Of a stretch of 64,000 nt of DNA, positions 10,074 to 18,486 are shown piece by piece. The notes beneath the pieces are model-generated. The model was not told where the DNA came from and made no database searches. It saw only the letters and a program-made list of their open reading frames with translations. The stretch comes from Candidatus Poribacteria bacterium. Its GTDB lineage: Bacteria > Poribacteria > WGA-4E > WGA-3G. Location of the stretch: positions 1,472,001 through 1,536,000 of the forward strand of contig OZ219753.1 in the NCBI GenBank assembly GCA_964291315.2, given 5' to 3'. The translations under genes were made by a program, and so were the position numbers. How positions within the stretch are numbered: the stretch's first letter is position 1; each line of letters opens with the position of its first letter.

Positions 10074-10820
10074 TTAACCGTGAACGGCATCAGCGAACGC
10101 TTTCATCAATTCAAAAGAGCCATTTTCTTCAAGAATGTTGCCTGTTACGACAAAATCGGTGCCTGCTGCCACCTTTTTCGCAGCAATTTCGGGGGTGCGG
10201 ATGCCACCGCCAACAATTAACGGGATACTGATTTGCGCTTTCACTGTAGAGATCATCTCGTTTGGAACCGGATGGGTTGCACCGCTGCCTGCCTCTAAGT
10301 ACACCATCTGCATACCGAGATATTCTGCAGCTAAGGCGTGCGGGCCTGCTATGTCGGGTTTATTGCGCGGAATAGGTATTGTCCCACTCATAAATTCAAC
10401 TGCAGTTCTGTTTCCGCCCTCGATTAACATGTAACCCGTGGAGATGGGTTCGAGTCCGTGGTGCTGTATCCACGGGGCAGCTTTAACTTGTTCACCGATG
10501 AGATAGTTTGGGTTGCGTCCACTGATAAGACTCGTGTAGAGGATAGCATCCGCGTGGGGTGTCAAGTGCATCGAGTCACCAGGGAAGAGCACAACCGGAA
10601 GTCCTGTCTCTTGCTTGATGGCTTCTGCAATCGGATCTAAATCGTTCGTTAGAAAACTACCGCCCAATAAAATCGCATCTGCCCCTGCTTCTTCAATCTC
10701 ATGTGCAAGTTTCGCGCATTTTGCGACCTTGCACTGCTCCGGATCGAGCAAGACAAAATAGCCGGCCTTATGCCTTTTCAGAGCCTCGTTGAAGTGGTTC
10801 ATTACCCAATTTGATCTCAA
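10074..10820 (-). CDS. Geranylgeranylglyceryl phosphate synthase (GGGPS/PcrB family, group II-like)
   Basis: LLDP, ADAILLGGS, LPVVLFPG, SLISGRNPNYLIGEQ, TGYMLIEGG, YLEAGSGA, LIVGGGIR, VVTGNILE. Start is TTG 10820 or ATG 10802. Confidence 0.9.
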   Translation of the reverse strand: MRSNWVMNHFNEALKRHKAGYFVLLDPEQCKVAKCAKLAHEIEEAGADAILLGGSFLTNDLDPIAEAIKQETGLPVVLFPGDSMHLTPHADAILYTSLISGRNPNYLIGEQVKAAPWIQHHGLEPISTGYMLIEGGNRTAVEFMSGTIPIPRNKPDIAGPHALAAEYLGMQMVYLEAGSGATHPVPNEMISTVKAQISIPLIVGGGIRTPEIAAKKVAAGTDFVVTGNILEENGSFELMKAFADAVHG

Positions 10821-10912
10821 ATGCGGTCATCCCTTTTAACCGTGCTAAGTCCACACTCACATATTGCCCTTTCCGGAAGGATTTGCACGCTCTCTACTTC
10901 CCTCATAACAAA

Positions 10913-10941
10913 ATTTTACCATATTTACGCTGATTTGTCAA
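10913..10941 (-). promoter_or_regulatory. Sigma70-type promoter for GGGPS-grpE-dnaJ-prmA
   Basis: Minus strand TTGACA-N17-TAAAAT with TG extension. Confidence 0.75.
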
Positions 10942-11089
10942 ATTCTATTACCCCGGAGGAATACAAAATAAGCTTCTTCTTATCGGGGTCCCCTCTTATC
11001 CGTTCGCGTCGATTTCTCTTCTTGTAGGATTTCCGGGCAGAGACCTCTTCTTTCTCTATCCAAGAAACCGAAAACTGCATTGGCGTTTG

Positions 11090-11938
11090 TCATAGCAGTA
11101 TCCCGATGTAGATTGCACCAAGACCCACAAATATGTCCCATTTCATCCAACGTTGAATGGATGCACAGCTTTCGCTTGAAGCATCACGCAGCAACCGAAT
11201 TGCTAATCCAATAAGTACTAAATCAACACCGATAACTACCCCAAACAGATAGTGCCACGAGTACCATCCGAATAGGTATGGAACAGGACTAAATACGATA
11301 ACAAGTGCCATGAAACCGAGGGCTGCTCCCACAGCAAGCCGTGGATTAAGAATAGCAAGCGTTTTGACACTGTTTTTCAAATCGCCCTCTATATCCTCAA
11401 TATCTTTGATAATTTCCCTCGCCGCTGTGAATAGGAACGCAAAGATCGCCGGAACAAGTGTGCCGTGCACCGAATCTATCGCTACACCACTGCCAATGAA
11501 GGTTAAACCTGCCAAACTGCCGACGACTAAATTTCCCACAAAAGGAACACGTTTCAGCCAGAAAGCGTAACAGATAAGCGCAAGAGATACGAGAATGGCA
11601 ATACTTGCAGCGTTGCTGTTAATAAGTGTTCCGAACCAAATACCGACTGCAATGAGAATTAGTGCGAAAATCAGGGCGTGTGACCTCTGAATTCGCCCGG
11701 AAGGCAGGGGTCTCCGCGGACGATTAATCCTGTCTATGTTGTAATCACAGTAATCGTTTATAGCGTTTCCTGCGGATAGAAGACATAGCGCTGAAACAGA
11801 AACTAGCAGGATCCGAACATCCAAAAGATCCTCCGTGCGCCCTTGACTCGCAAATACCCCGCCCAGCCATGCGGAGACAAAAGCGATGAGTCCGTTGAGC
11901 GGTCGTGCTAGTTCAAGATAAGCGATCCCTGTTTTCAC
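11090..11938 (-). CDS. Digeranylgeranylglyceryl phosphate synthase-like UbiA prenyltransferase (DGGGPS)
   Basis: LELARPLN, GNAINDYCDYNIDRINRPRRPLPSGRI, YAFWLKRVPFVGNLVVG, AREIIKDIEDIEGD, KTLAI; multiple TM segments; next to GGGPS. Confidence 0.85.
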   Translation of the reverse strand: MKTGIAYLELARPLNGLIAFVSAWLGGVFASQGRTEDLLDVRILLVSVSALCLLSAGNAINDYCDYNIDRINRPRRPLPSGRIQRSHALIFALILIAVGIWFGTLINSNAASIAILVSLALICYAFWLKRVPFVGNLVVGSLAGLTFIGSGVAIDSVHGTLVPAIFAFLFTAAREIIKDIEDIEGDLKNSVKTLAILNPRLAVGAALGFMALVIVFSPVPYLFGWYSWHYLFGVVIGVDLVLIGLAIRLLRDASSESCASIQRWMKWDIFVGLGAIYIGILL

Positions 11939-11976
11939 TGTCTGAAGCCCATCAGTTGCTTGAGTCGTTCAGCCCG

Positions 11977-12402
11977 TTAAGGATAACAAAAGCCGAATCC
12001 TTTTTTATAGCATTCTATAAATAGGACGAGTGTTCCGAACCAGTAAAGGTGACGCGGTAACAGAATGGCCGAACGAAAAGTTAATATGAGAATACCGATT
12101 CGTGTTGTCCAAGTGGCGATGTTTTGTTTGGGTCGGATGTTCATAGCGGGGCAAGAGCTGCAATGAGATCGGCCAATCTCCAATAGCATGACCACCTTTT
12201 AGGTCAGGAAATATTGTAGTGAGGTTGTAAATCAGTATTAATGCATGTATGGGGAAAGTGACACAGGCATAATTACAGTTAGTGCTTGTGAAGATATACT
12301 GCTATGATGGAATGGTAAAAGGAGGCACAGCCGAACCGAAAGAGACGGGTCCAAAATTGCTAAGGTATTTACACTTCGTGGTGTTTTGTCTCCAGTGGTG
12401 TC
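11977..12402 (-). pseudogene. Decayed fragment of a second DGGGPS/UbiA paralogue
   Basis: DTTGDKTPRSVNTLAILDPSLSV aligns with DIEGDLK-NSVKTLAILNPRLAV of the neighbouring gene. The same frame continues through three stop codons into the 11977-12195 ORF. Confidence 0.5.
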
Positions 12403-12403
12403 C

Positions 12404-13480
12404 CTACGAGGCATCCTCCGATTCTTGAATTTTTGCTTCAAGTTCAGCGACCCGTTTTTGAAGTTTAGTGAGTGCTCGGATCAGTTCTGGCAACTTACGA
12501 GTAGCAGCGTGAATTCGCAATTCCTGTTTATGAGGGCGCGCGGGGAATCCGGAAAGATGGCTTCCAGCCGGCATATCCTTGGTGACCGCGGACTTGGCGT
12601 AAACTATACTGTCGTCACCGAGTGTTAAATGTCCTGCAGCACCTGCATGTCCGGCGATATTTACGCGGTCACCGAGTATAGTGCTCCCGGCGATACCGGC
12701 TTGGGCTGCAAGACAGCAGTCTTCTCCAATGACGACGTTGTGCGCGATCTGAACGAGGTTATCCAGTTTAGTACCTCGTTTGATAAGGGTTTCAGAAAGT
12801 GTTGCTCTATCGATGGTAGTATTCGCGCCGATCTCGACATCATCCTCAATCACGACGGTGCCGATCTGCGGGATCTTATGATGTCGGTTGCTAACCGGCG
12901 CGAATCCGAAACCGTCGCTGCCGATAACAGCACCACAGTGGATGATGACCCGATCACCGATAGTTACCTCTTCACGGATACTAACGTGTGGATAGATAAG
13001 CCCATCAGCCCCTATTTTACTACCTTCACCGATGTAGGCGAACGGCTGAATGACGGTATTATCTCCGATTTCAACGCTATCGGCTATATAGGCGAACGCT
13101 TGAATCGAGACATCCACGCCAAGTTTAACGTTCTTTCCGATAATAGCAGTTTCATGGATGCCCGGGAGCGCGCGATGGTCTTTGTCCCATGAGAACATTT
13201 CCAAAACTCTGACAAAGGCCCAATATGGATTTTCAACACGAATCGTCGGCTTTCCGTTGTTACCACTGACGCCCTGACCAATGATAATCGCACCGGCTTG
13301 TGTGGTTGCTATAGCAGCGAGATACTTCGGGTGAGCAACAAAAGTAATTTGAGTCGGAAGTGCTTCTTTAATTCCAGAGACTCCCGTAATTTCAATATCG
13401 CCGTCCCCAGAGAGGTCGCCATCTAGGTGTTCACAAATTTCCTTGAGTTTCATACCTTTTAGCCGTAATCCTTTCTCCAT
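12404..13480 (-). CDS. lpxD: UDP-3-O-acyl-glucosamine N-acyltransferase
   Basis: Hexapeptide repeats, IGSDGFGFA, KIPQIGTV, DNLVQIAHNV. Alternative start 13453. Confidence 0.95.
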   Translation of the reverse strand: MEKGLRLKGMKLKEICEHLDGDLSGDGDIEITGVSGIKEALPTQITFVAHPKYLAAIATTQAGAIIIGQGVSGNNGKPTIRVENPYWAFVRVLEMFSWDKDHRALPGIHETAIIGKNVKLGVDVSIQAFAYIADSVEIGDNTVIQPFAYIGEGSKIGADGLIYPHVSIREEVTIGDRVIIHCGAVIGSDGFGFAPVSNRHHKIPQIGTVVIEDDVEIGANTTIDRATLSETLIKRGTKLDNLVQIAHNVVIGEDCCLAAQAGIAGSTILGDRVNIAGHAGAAGHLTLGDDSIVYAKSAVTKDMPAGSHLSGFPARPHKQELRIHAATRKLPELIRALTKLQKRVAELEAKIQESEDAS

Positions 13481-13527
13481 AGACTTGACTGATTTCAGCC
13501 ATGTTACGGAGTTGAGGCGGTGGAGCG

Positions 13528-14088
13528 TTATTCAGCGCTTTCAGCAGTTTCTTCGTTCATCAAGCCGATTAACCGCTGTGTCAAATCAAATTTTTCTTTC
13601 ACATAGAGTGTAATAAGACGTTTTTCGAGAATGATGTCAAAATTTTCAGCTTCACCGACTTTGATGATGAGTTCTTGGAGGCTACTGTAAATGGGCTCCA
13701 TCAACTTTTGTTCTTCTTCAAGCAGGCCTTGTTGTCCTATTTCGACTGCCCGTTGGTATTCCTGCTGTTTGAGGCGAATCTCGTTATCTAAACCCGCTGT
13801 CTGCGCCTTTTCGACAAAGAGCTCGGTTTTTATCTTTTTTTCTTGCAAGGTTTGTATGTCGTTAGCAAGTTTGCCCAAGTTCGCCTTTAATTGTTCACTT
13901 GCCGCTTTGAGGATCCCTGTGGCATCTGTCGCTTGTTTAGAGCCCTCTAAAACTAATTGGGTGTTCACTACGCCGATTTTAAAGGATTCTTGCCCGATGC
14001 TTCCCGAGCTCAAACAAAAAGCAGCGAGAAAAACTGCGAATAATAGAGTTAAACGTGCTTGGCAAGCACGCAGCCGAATTGATTTCAT
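13528..14088 (-). CDS. skp: OmpH/Skp periplasmic chaperone
   Basis: Signal peptide, KIGVVN, coiled coil, FDIILEK...DLT; lies between bamA and lpxD. Confidence 0.88.
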   Translation of the reverse strand: MKSIRLRACQARLTLLFAVFLAAFCLSSGSIGQESFKIGVVNTQLVLEGSKQATDATGILKAASEQLKANLGKLANDIQTLQEKKIKTELFVEKAQTAGLDNEIRLKQQEYQRAVEIGQQGLLEEEQKLMEPIYSSLQELIIKVGEAENFDIILEKRLITLYVKEKFDLTQRLIGLMNEETAESAE

Positions 14089-14177
14089 AATTAAGTCCTC
14101 TGTTTTGAAAATGATATTGATAACTTCGTCTCCTGAAATTGGCGAAGACACCTACAAAACAGGTGTCTATCGTCCGG

Positions 14178-16634
14178 TTAGAAGCCGGGGCCAACGGTGA
14201 AGTGGAACTTACCGGCTGGTTCGCCTGTAATCCGATCTAAACCGTAACCCCAGCCGAGGCGAACTAGCATGCCTAGCGCAGTGAGACGTGCTTCAACACC
14301 GAGTCCGCGTTTCATGTTGATCTGCCTGAAAATGTTGCTTGTGTTTTCATCCCAGACTTGTCCTATATCGAAAAACAGGGCAGCAGTGAGTTGCTGAGAA
14401 ATAGGAACGCGGTATTCAAGGTTAGCAAAGAATAGTTTATCGCCGCCATAGGGATTAACAACGCCATCCTTATTTGGATCGGGGTAAATTTCCCAGTCTT
14501 CGTAACCCCGGATAGAGTCCACGCCGCCGAGGAAGAAACGTTCGTAAAATAGAAAATAGGAATCGCTGCTTTTACTCCGCATGAGACCAGCCCGTCCGTG
14601 CAGGGCGACAACATGATTCCACCAAGGGTTGTAGAACCAGCTCGTATCCGCGTAGTATTTCTGAAATTGATTGTCCGCCCCTAAAATACCCCCTGAGTAC
14701 TCGTAAGAGACTGTATTGAGCGATCCCCCAGCTGGATCGAATAGCGAAGTTCGGTAGTCCCGGGTGTCCCTTCCTAAAGTGAAGCGGATACTTCGCGTGG
14801 AGCGACTATATTGTTCAAACTCTTCGTTATTTAGTTTCTGGGTGCTTGTTTCAACGTATTCGTTACGGAAGCTCACTGAAGCGTCAATATCTTGTCCAAT
14901 CGGATGTCCGAGCGTCAAAGAAGCACCTCGCCGGCTCCACATATAGCGATCGTAGTTGTAAGGACCATAGAGACTGCTACTGCGAAGCGCGGAACCTACC
15001 GTTCCATAGTAGCGGCGGAAACGGCGGTTGTCATAAAGGCGGGCGTTCAAGCGAGTGGGGGTACCCAAAATCCATGGCGTCCCGAAACTCACCTCGGCGG
15101 TATGATGATCCCGTGTCCCTAATTCGCCCTTCAGATGGACACGATAGGCACGCCCGCGGAAGTTATTTTGCCCTACTTCTGCAACACCGAAGATGCCGCC
15201 TTCACTCCCGTAGCCACCACCAAGGGTTACCATTCCTGTCCGGGGGGATTCAGCGATGTTTACTCTTAATTCTTGTCGGTTCTCATCCTCAGTGGGGCTT
15301 GGCACAAAATCGACAGCGCGGATGAAGGAACCCATCTGGAATAAGCGTTGCCGCGCTTTACGCAGCGATTTGACATCTAATAATTCATCGGATTTAATGC
15401 CCAACCAATCCAATTCGCGTCTGACAACGTACTCCTTCGTTTTTTCTAGACCTGTAATGACGACGTTACCAATGATTGTGACATCACCCTCGTTGATTTT
15501 CAAGGTGATGTTAACCACCCCGTTTGATTCATCAAAGAAAGGTGTAGGCAGGATTTCTGAGAGGAGGTAACCCTTATCAAAATAAGCCTGCTGTAATTTT
15601 CCGATCGACTCGTCAAACGTGGCTCGATTAAAAATTTCACCTTCTGCAGGATCGAGCATGCCGCGTATTTTCTTTTTCGAGAAGAGCGTTTTTGCACCTG
15701 CCTCCAATTCAAGTGTGTACGTTCCAACAATAAATTCGGGGCCTTCGTCAACACTAATATCAAGCATCAACCCTGTTTTGTCTTCAGTAAATCGCTTTTC
15801 ATAACCGAGGATTTTTACCTGCGCAAAGCCTAGGTCTTGGTAGTAATTGCGAAGGTTCAGCGGTAAGTCTTCTTCTTCAAATAGCATCTGATCGAACGGT
15901 TTACCAATCCGAGTTCTGAGTTTCTTTTGGAGCTTATTACCGGCGACCCGTTCATTTCCGACAAAGTTGATCTCCTGGATTCGGACTCTTGGGCCCTCGT
16001 TTATTTCAAACGTCACTTGAACGGTATTTTCATCAGGATCTAGGTCCCCCAGATGTGTTTGGATACCCACGAGGTAATACCCTTTTTCATGATAAAACTT
16101 CTGTAATGCGCGCTCGCTTCCCCATCGATGCCGATCGCTATAAATCTCGGAGGGACGCAGTGTCACTTCATCTTTGAGTTTGCCGACGCTCACGTTTTCA
16201 TTTCCGATGATGTTGATTCCTGATATCTTTGGATTCTCAACGACTTTATAAACGATTTCGAGCCCGCCTGCTCCAGAAGGTCTAACATCTATGTCAACTT
16301 CAGAGAAGAAGCCTGTATCTTTGTAAAGACTCTTTAGGTCCTCAGTGAGCAGTTCTTCGGAGACTTCATAACCGATCTGGGTCTGAATGAGGGTGCGGAG
16401 CATATCTTCAGAAGTCGTTTTCACGCCCTCAAACGAGATTTTCTGCACAAGAAGCATGGAATCGACAAGTGGCTTGGTTACGGCTGCTGGCGCGGCGGAT
16501 TCTGTAGATTGTTTTACAGTGGCGGCAGATTCGGGACCAAGCACTGAGGTTCCCTGTTCTTCTGCAACTACGGAGAGTGCTGCTATGCCGATGATTATAT
16601 TTATCAGAACAAGAGTGTTTTTTAGCGCATCCAT
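14178..16634 (-). CDS. bamA: Outer membrane protein assembly factor BamA
   Basis: Five POTRA-like repeats, RFFLGGVDSIRGY, C-terminal FHFTVGPGF. Confidence 0.95.
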   Translation of the reverse strand: MDALKNTLVLINIIIGIAALSVVAEEQGTSVLGPESAATVKQSTESAAPAAVTKPLVDSMLLVQKISFEGVKTTSEDMLRTLIQTQIGYEVSEELLTEDLKSLYKDTGFFSEVDIDVRPSGAGGLEIVYKVVENPKISGINIIGNENVSVGKLKDEVTLRPSEIYSDRHRWGSERALQKFYHEKGYYLVGIQTHLGDLDPDENTVQVTFEINEGPRVRIQEINFVGNERVAGNKLQKKLRTRIGKPFDQMLFEEEDLPLNLRNYYQDLGFAQVKILGYEKRFTEDKTGLMLDISVDEGPEFIVGTYTLELEAGAKTLFSKKKIRGMLDPAEGEIFNRATFDESIGKLQQAYFDKGYLLSEILPTPFFDESNGVVNITLKINEGDVTIIGNVVITGLEKTKEYVVRRELDWLGIKSDELLDVKSLRKARQRLFQMGSFIRAVDFVPSPTEDENRQELRVNIAESPRTGMVTLGGGYGSEGGIFGVAEVGQNNFRGRAYRVHLKGELGTRDHHTAEVSFGTPWILGTPTRLNARLYDNRRFRRYYGTVGSALRSSSLYGPYNYDRYMWSRRGASLTLGHPIGQDIDASVSFRNEYVETSTQKLNNEEFEQYSRSTRSIRFTLGRDTRDYRTSLFDPAGGSLNTVSYEYSGGILGADNQFQKYYADTSWFYNPWWNHVVALHGRAGLMRSKSSDSYFLFYERFFLGGVDSIRGYEDWEIYPDPNKDGVVNPYGGDKLFFANLEYRVPISQQLTAALFFDIGQVWDENTSNIFRQINMKRGLGVEARLTALGMLVRLGWGYGLDRITGEPAGKFHFTVGPGF

Positions 16635-16730
16635 AAAATTAAATGTCCTCCTGTATTGCTGTGGTTTCTAGGGTACCTATAGAATTTTGAAGTTGAGTGG
16701 GTGTTGTAAAATTTCTTCAAAAGGCCGGCC

Positions 16731-17612
16731 TCATCCCTCAGTAGGGTAGATCAGAGTTCCGTAGTTATTCGCGAATTGTCTGAAAGCATCTGTGAGTTTC
16801 CGCGTTATTTTTCCGGGATGTCCGTCTCCGATAGAACGTTGGTCTATTTTCACAACAGGTATCACCTCAGCAGCGGTGCCGGTCAGAAAGCATTCGTCAG
16901 CAATATAGAGATCGTGTCGTGTAAAGACCCGCTCTTCTACTTGCATCCCGGCTTCACGTGCAAGATCAATGACGCTGTTGCGGGTAACGCCCTCCAAAAT
17001 GCCCATATGGACCGGCGGAGTGACCAATATTTCATTCTTTATCCAGAAGATATTATCCCCGCTACATTCTACAACGTAGCCTTCAGCATTCAACATCAAT
17101 ACCTCTTCTGCTCCTGCTTGTTTCCCTTCAATTTTCGCCAAGATATTATTCAGATAATTCAAGGACTTAATACGCGGATTGATAGCTTCTGCATAATTTC
17201 GGCGCACCGAGGCCGTTACGATCTCCAAGCCTTCTTCATAGAACTTTGGCGGATATAGCGAGATTTTATCTGCAATAATAATAATAGTCGGCTTTGGGCA
17301 TTTATCTGGATCCAGACCCAGGTCTCCTACGCCGCGGGTCACTACTAGCCGAATGTAAGCTTCCCTCAGTTGGTTTAGACGGAGCGTCTCGAGTACCTTT
17401 TCCTTCATAGTTTCAATCGGAATAGGGATTTGTAGCATAATCGCCTTAGCAGAATCGTAAAGTCGCTCAAGATGTTCGTCAAGTTTAAACACTCTACCAC
17501 TATAGGAACGGATACCTTCAAAAACGCCATCGCCGTAGAGCAAACCGTGGTCAAAGACCGAGACCTTCGCTTCTGTTTGTGATAGAAATTCTCCGTCGAT
17601 ATAAATCAACAT
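16731..17612 (-). CDS. ilvE: Branched-chain amino acid aminotransferase
   Basis: DHGLLYGDGVFEGIRSY, KSLNYLNN, ILEGVTR, TGTAAEVIPV; start reassigned to MLIYIDG. Confidence 0.95.
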   Translation of the reverse strand: MLIYIDGEFLSQTEAKVSVFDHGLLYGDGVFEGIRSYSGRVFKLDEHLERLYDSAKAIMLQIPIPIETMKEKVLETLRLNQLREAYIRLVVTRGVGDLGLDPDKCPKPTIIIIADKISLYPPKFYEEGLEIVTASVRRNYAEAINPRIKSLNYLNNILAKIEGKQAGAEEVLMLNAEGYVVECSGDNIFWIKNEILVTPPVHMGILEGVTRNSVIDLAREAGMQVEERVFTRHDLYIADECFLTGTAAEVIPVVKIDQRSIGDGHPGKITRKLTDAFRQFANNYGTLIYPTEG

Positions 17613-17629
17613 ATACGCTTCCTTTTCGT

Positions 17630-17771
17630 AGTTGTCAGTTGTCGGTTGCCGATCCAGAAATTTCTCTGAACGATTCACCTTTTTTTAGGATTATAGACAG
17701 AACACGTACTCTGAAATCCTTGCTTAACTGACAATTAATAACTGAAAACCGTTCTTCTGACAACTAAAACC
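17630..17771. repeat. Degenerate heptamer-based inverted-repeat intergenic element
   Basis: Left arm AGTTGTCAGTTGTCGGTT; right arm AACTGACAA..AACTGAAAACCGTTCTTCTGACAACT. Confidence 0.6.
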
Positions 17772-17784
17772 TAATAGCTACTAA

Positions 17785-18486
17785 CTATAAAACGACCTTT
17801 CCATCAACGAGTTGGACAACCCTGTCCACTTGCTGGGCAAGCGCATGATTGTGCGTTACGATAACAAATGCCTGCCCAGATTTGGCGTTCAAATCCCACA
17901 GAAGTTCGAGAACTGTCTCGCTGCTCTGCCGATCAAGGTTGCCTGTCGGTTCATCAGCGAGTACAATGCTCGGTTGATTAATCAGGGCGCGCGCAATGGC
18001 GACACGTTGTCTTTCTCCACCCGATAATTGGCTTGGATAGTGCGATCGTCTTTCAGCAAGCCCGACGAATTCTAGCAACGCCTCGGCTTCTTTATAAACC
18101 GTTTTATGATTCGGTGTTGTGATTAGGGCACCCATCGCAACGTTTTCAACTGCTGTAAATTCTGGCAATAGATGATGAAATTGAAACACAAAACCGATTT
18201 CTTTGTTCCGAAACCCGGCAAGCTCCTTATCAGGCAAGGCGAAAACATCGGTTTCTCGATATAAAACACTGCCCTCCGTTGGTCGGTCAAGTGTCCCAAT
18301 GATGTGGAGTAAGGTGCTTTTGCCAACGCCAGATGCCCCTACAACTGCAAGTAACTCTGATTTGTATATATCAAGATCTATGCCTTGAAGAACTCTAAGT
18401 TCTACCTGACCATCGTAATACGACTTGTGTAAGTCTACAAGACTGATGAGGGTTTCCGCCGAATTCTTCAAATTTTCTTTTTTCAA
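17785..18486 (-). CDS. lolD: Lipoprotein-releasing ABC transporter ATP-binding subunit
   Basis: GASGVGKST, GFVFQFHHLLPEFTA, LSGGERQR, LADEPTGNLD. Confidence 0.93.
   Translation of the reverse strand: MKKENLKNSAETLISLVDLHKSYYDGQVELRVLQGIDLDIYKSELLAVVGASGVGKSTLLHIIGTLDRPTEGSVLYRETDVFALPDKELAGFRNKEIGFVFQFHHLLPEFTAVENVAMGALITTPNHKTVYKEAEALLEFVGLAERRSHYPSQLSGGERQRVAIARALINQPSIVLADEPTGNLDRQSSETVLELLWDLNAKSGQAFVIVTHNHALAQQVDRVVQLVDGKVVL

Noticed and set aside
10842-10848. TTAGCAC on the minus strand as a CIRCE element before GGGPS-grpE
   Set aside because: Only a partial half-site; there is no GAGTGCTAA partner 9 bp away.
11977-12195. 72-aa ORF as an intact small membrane protein (DUF2892-like)
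   Set aside because: The resemblance is weak, and it is in frame with the interrupted UbiA-like relic, which explains it better.
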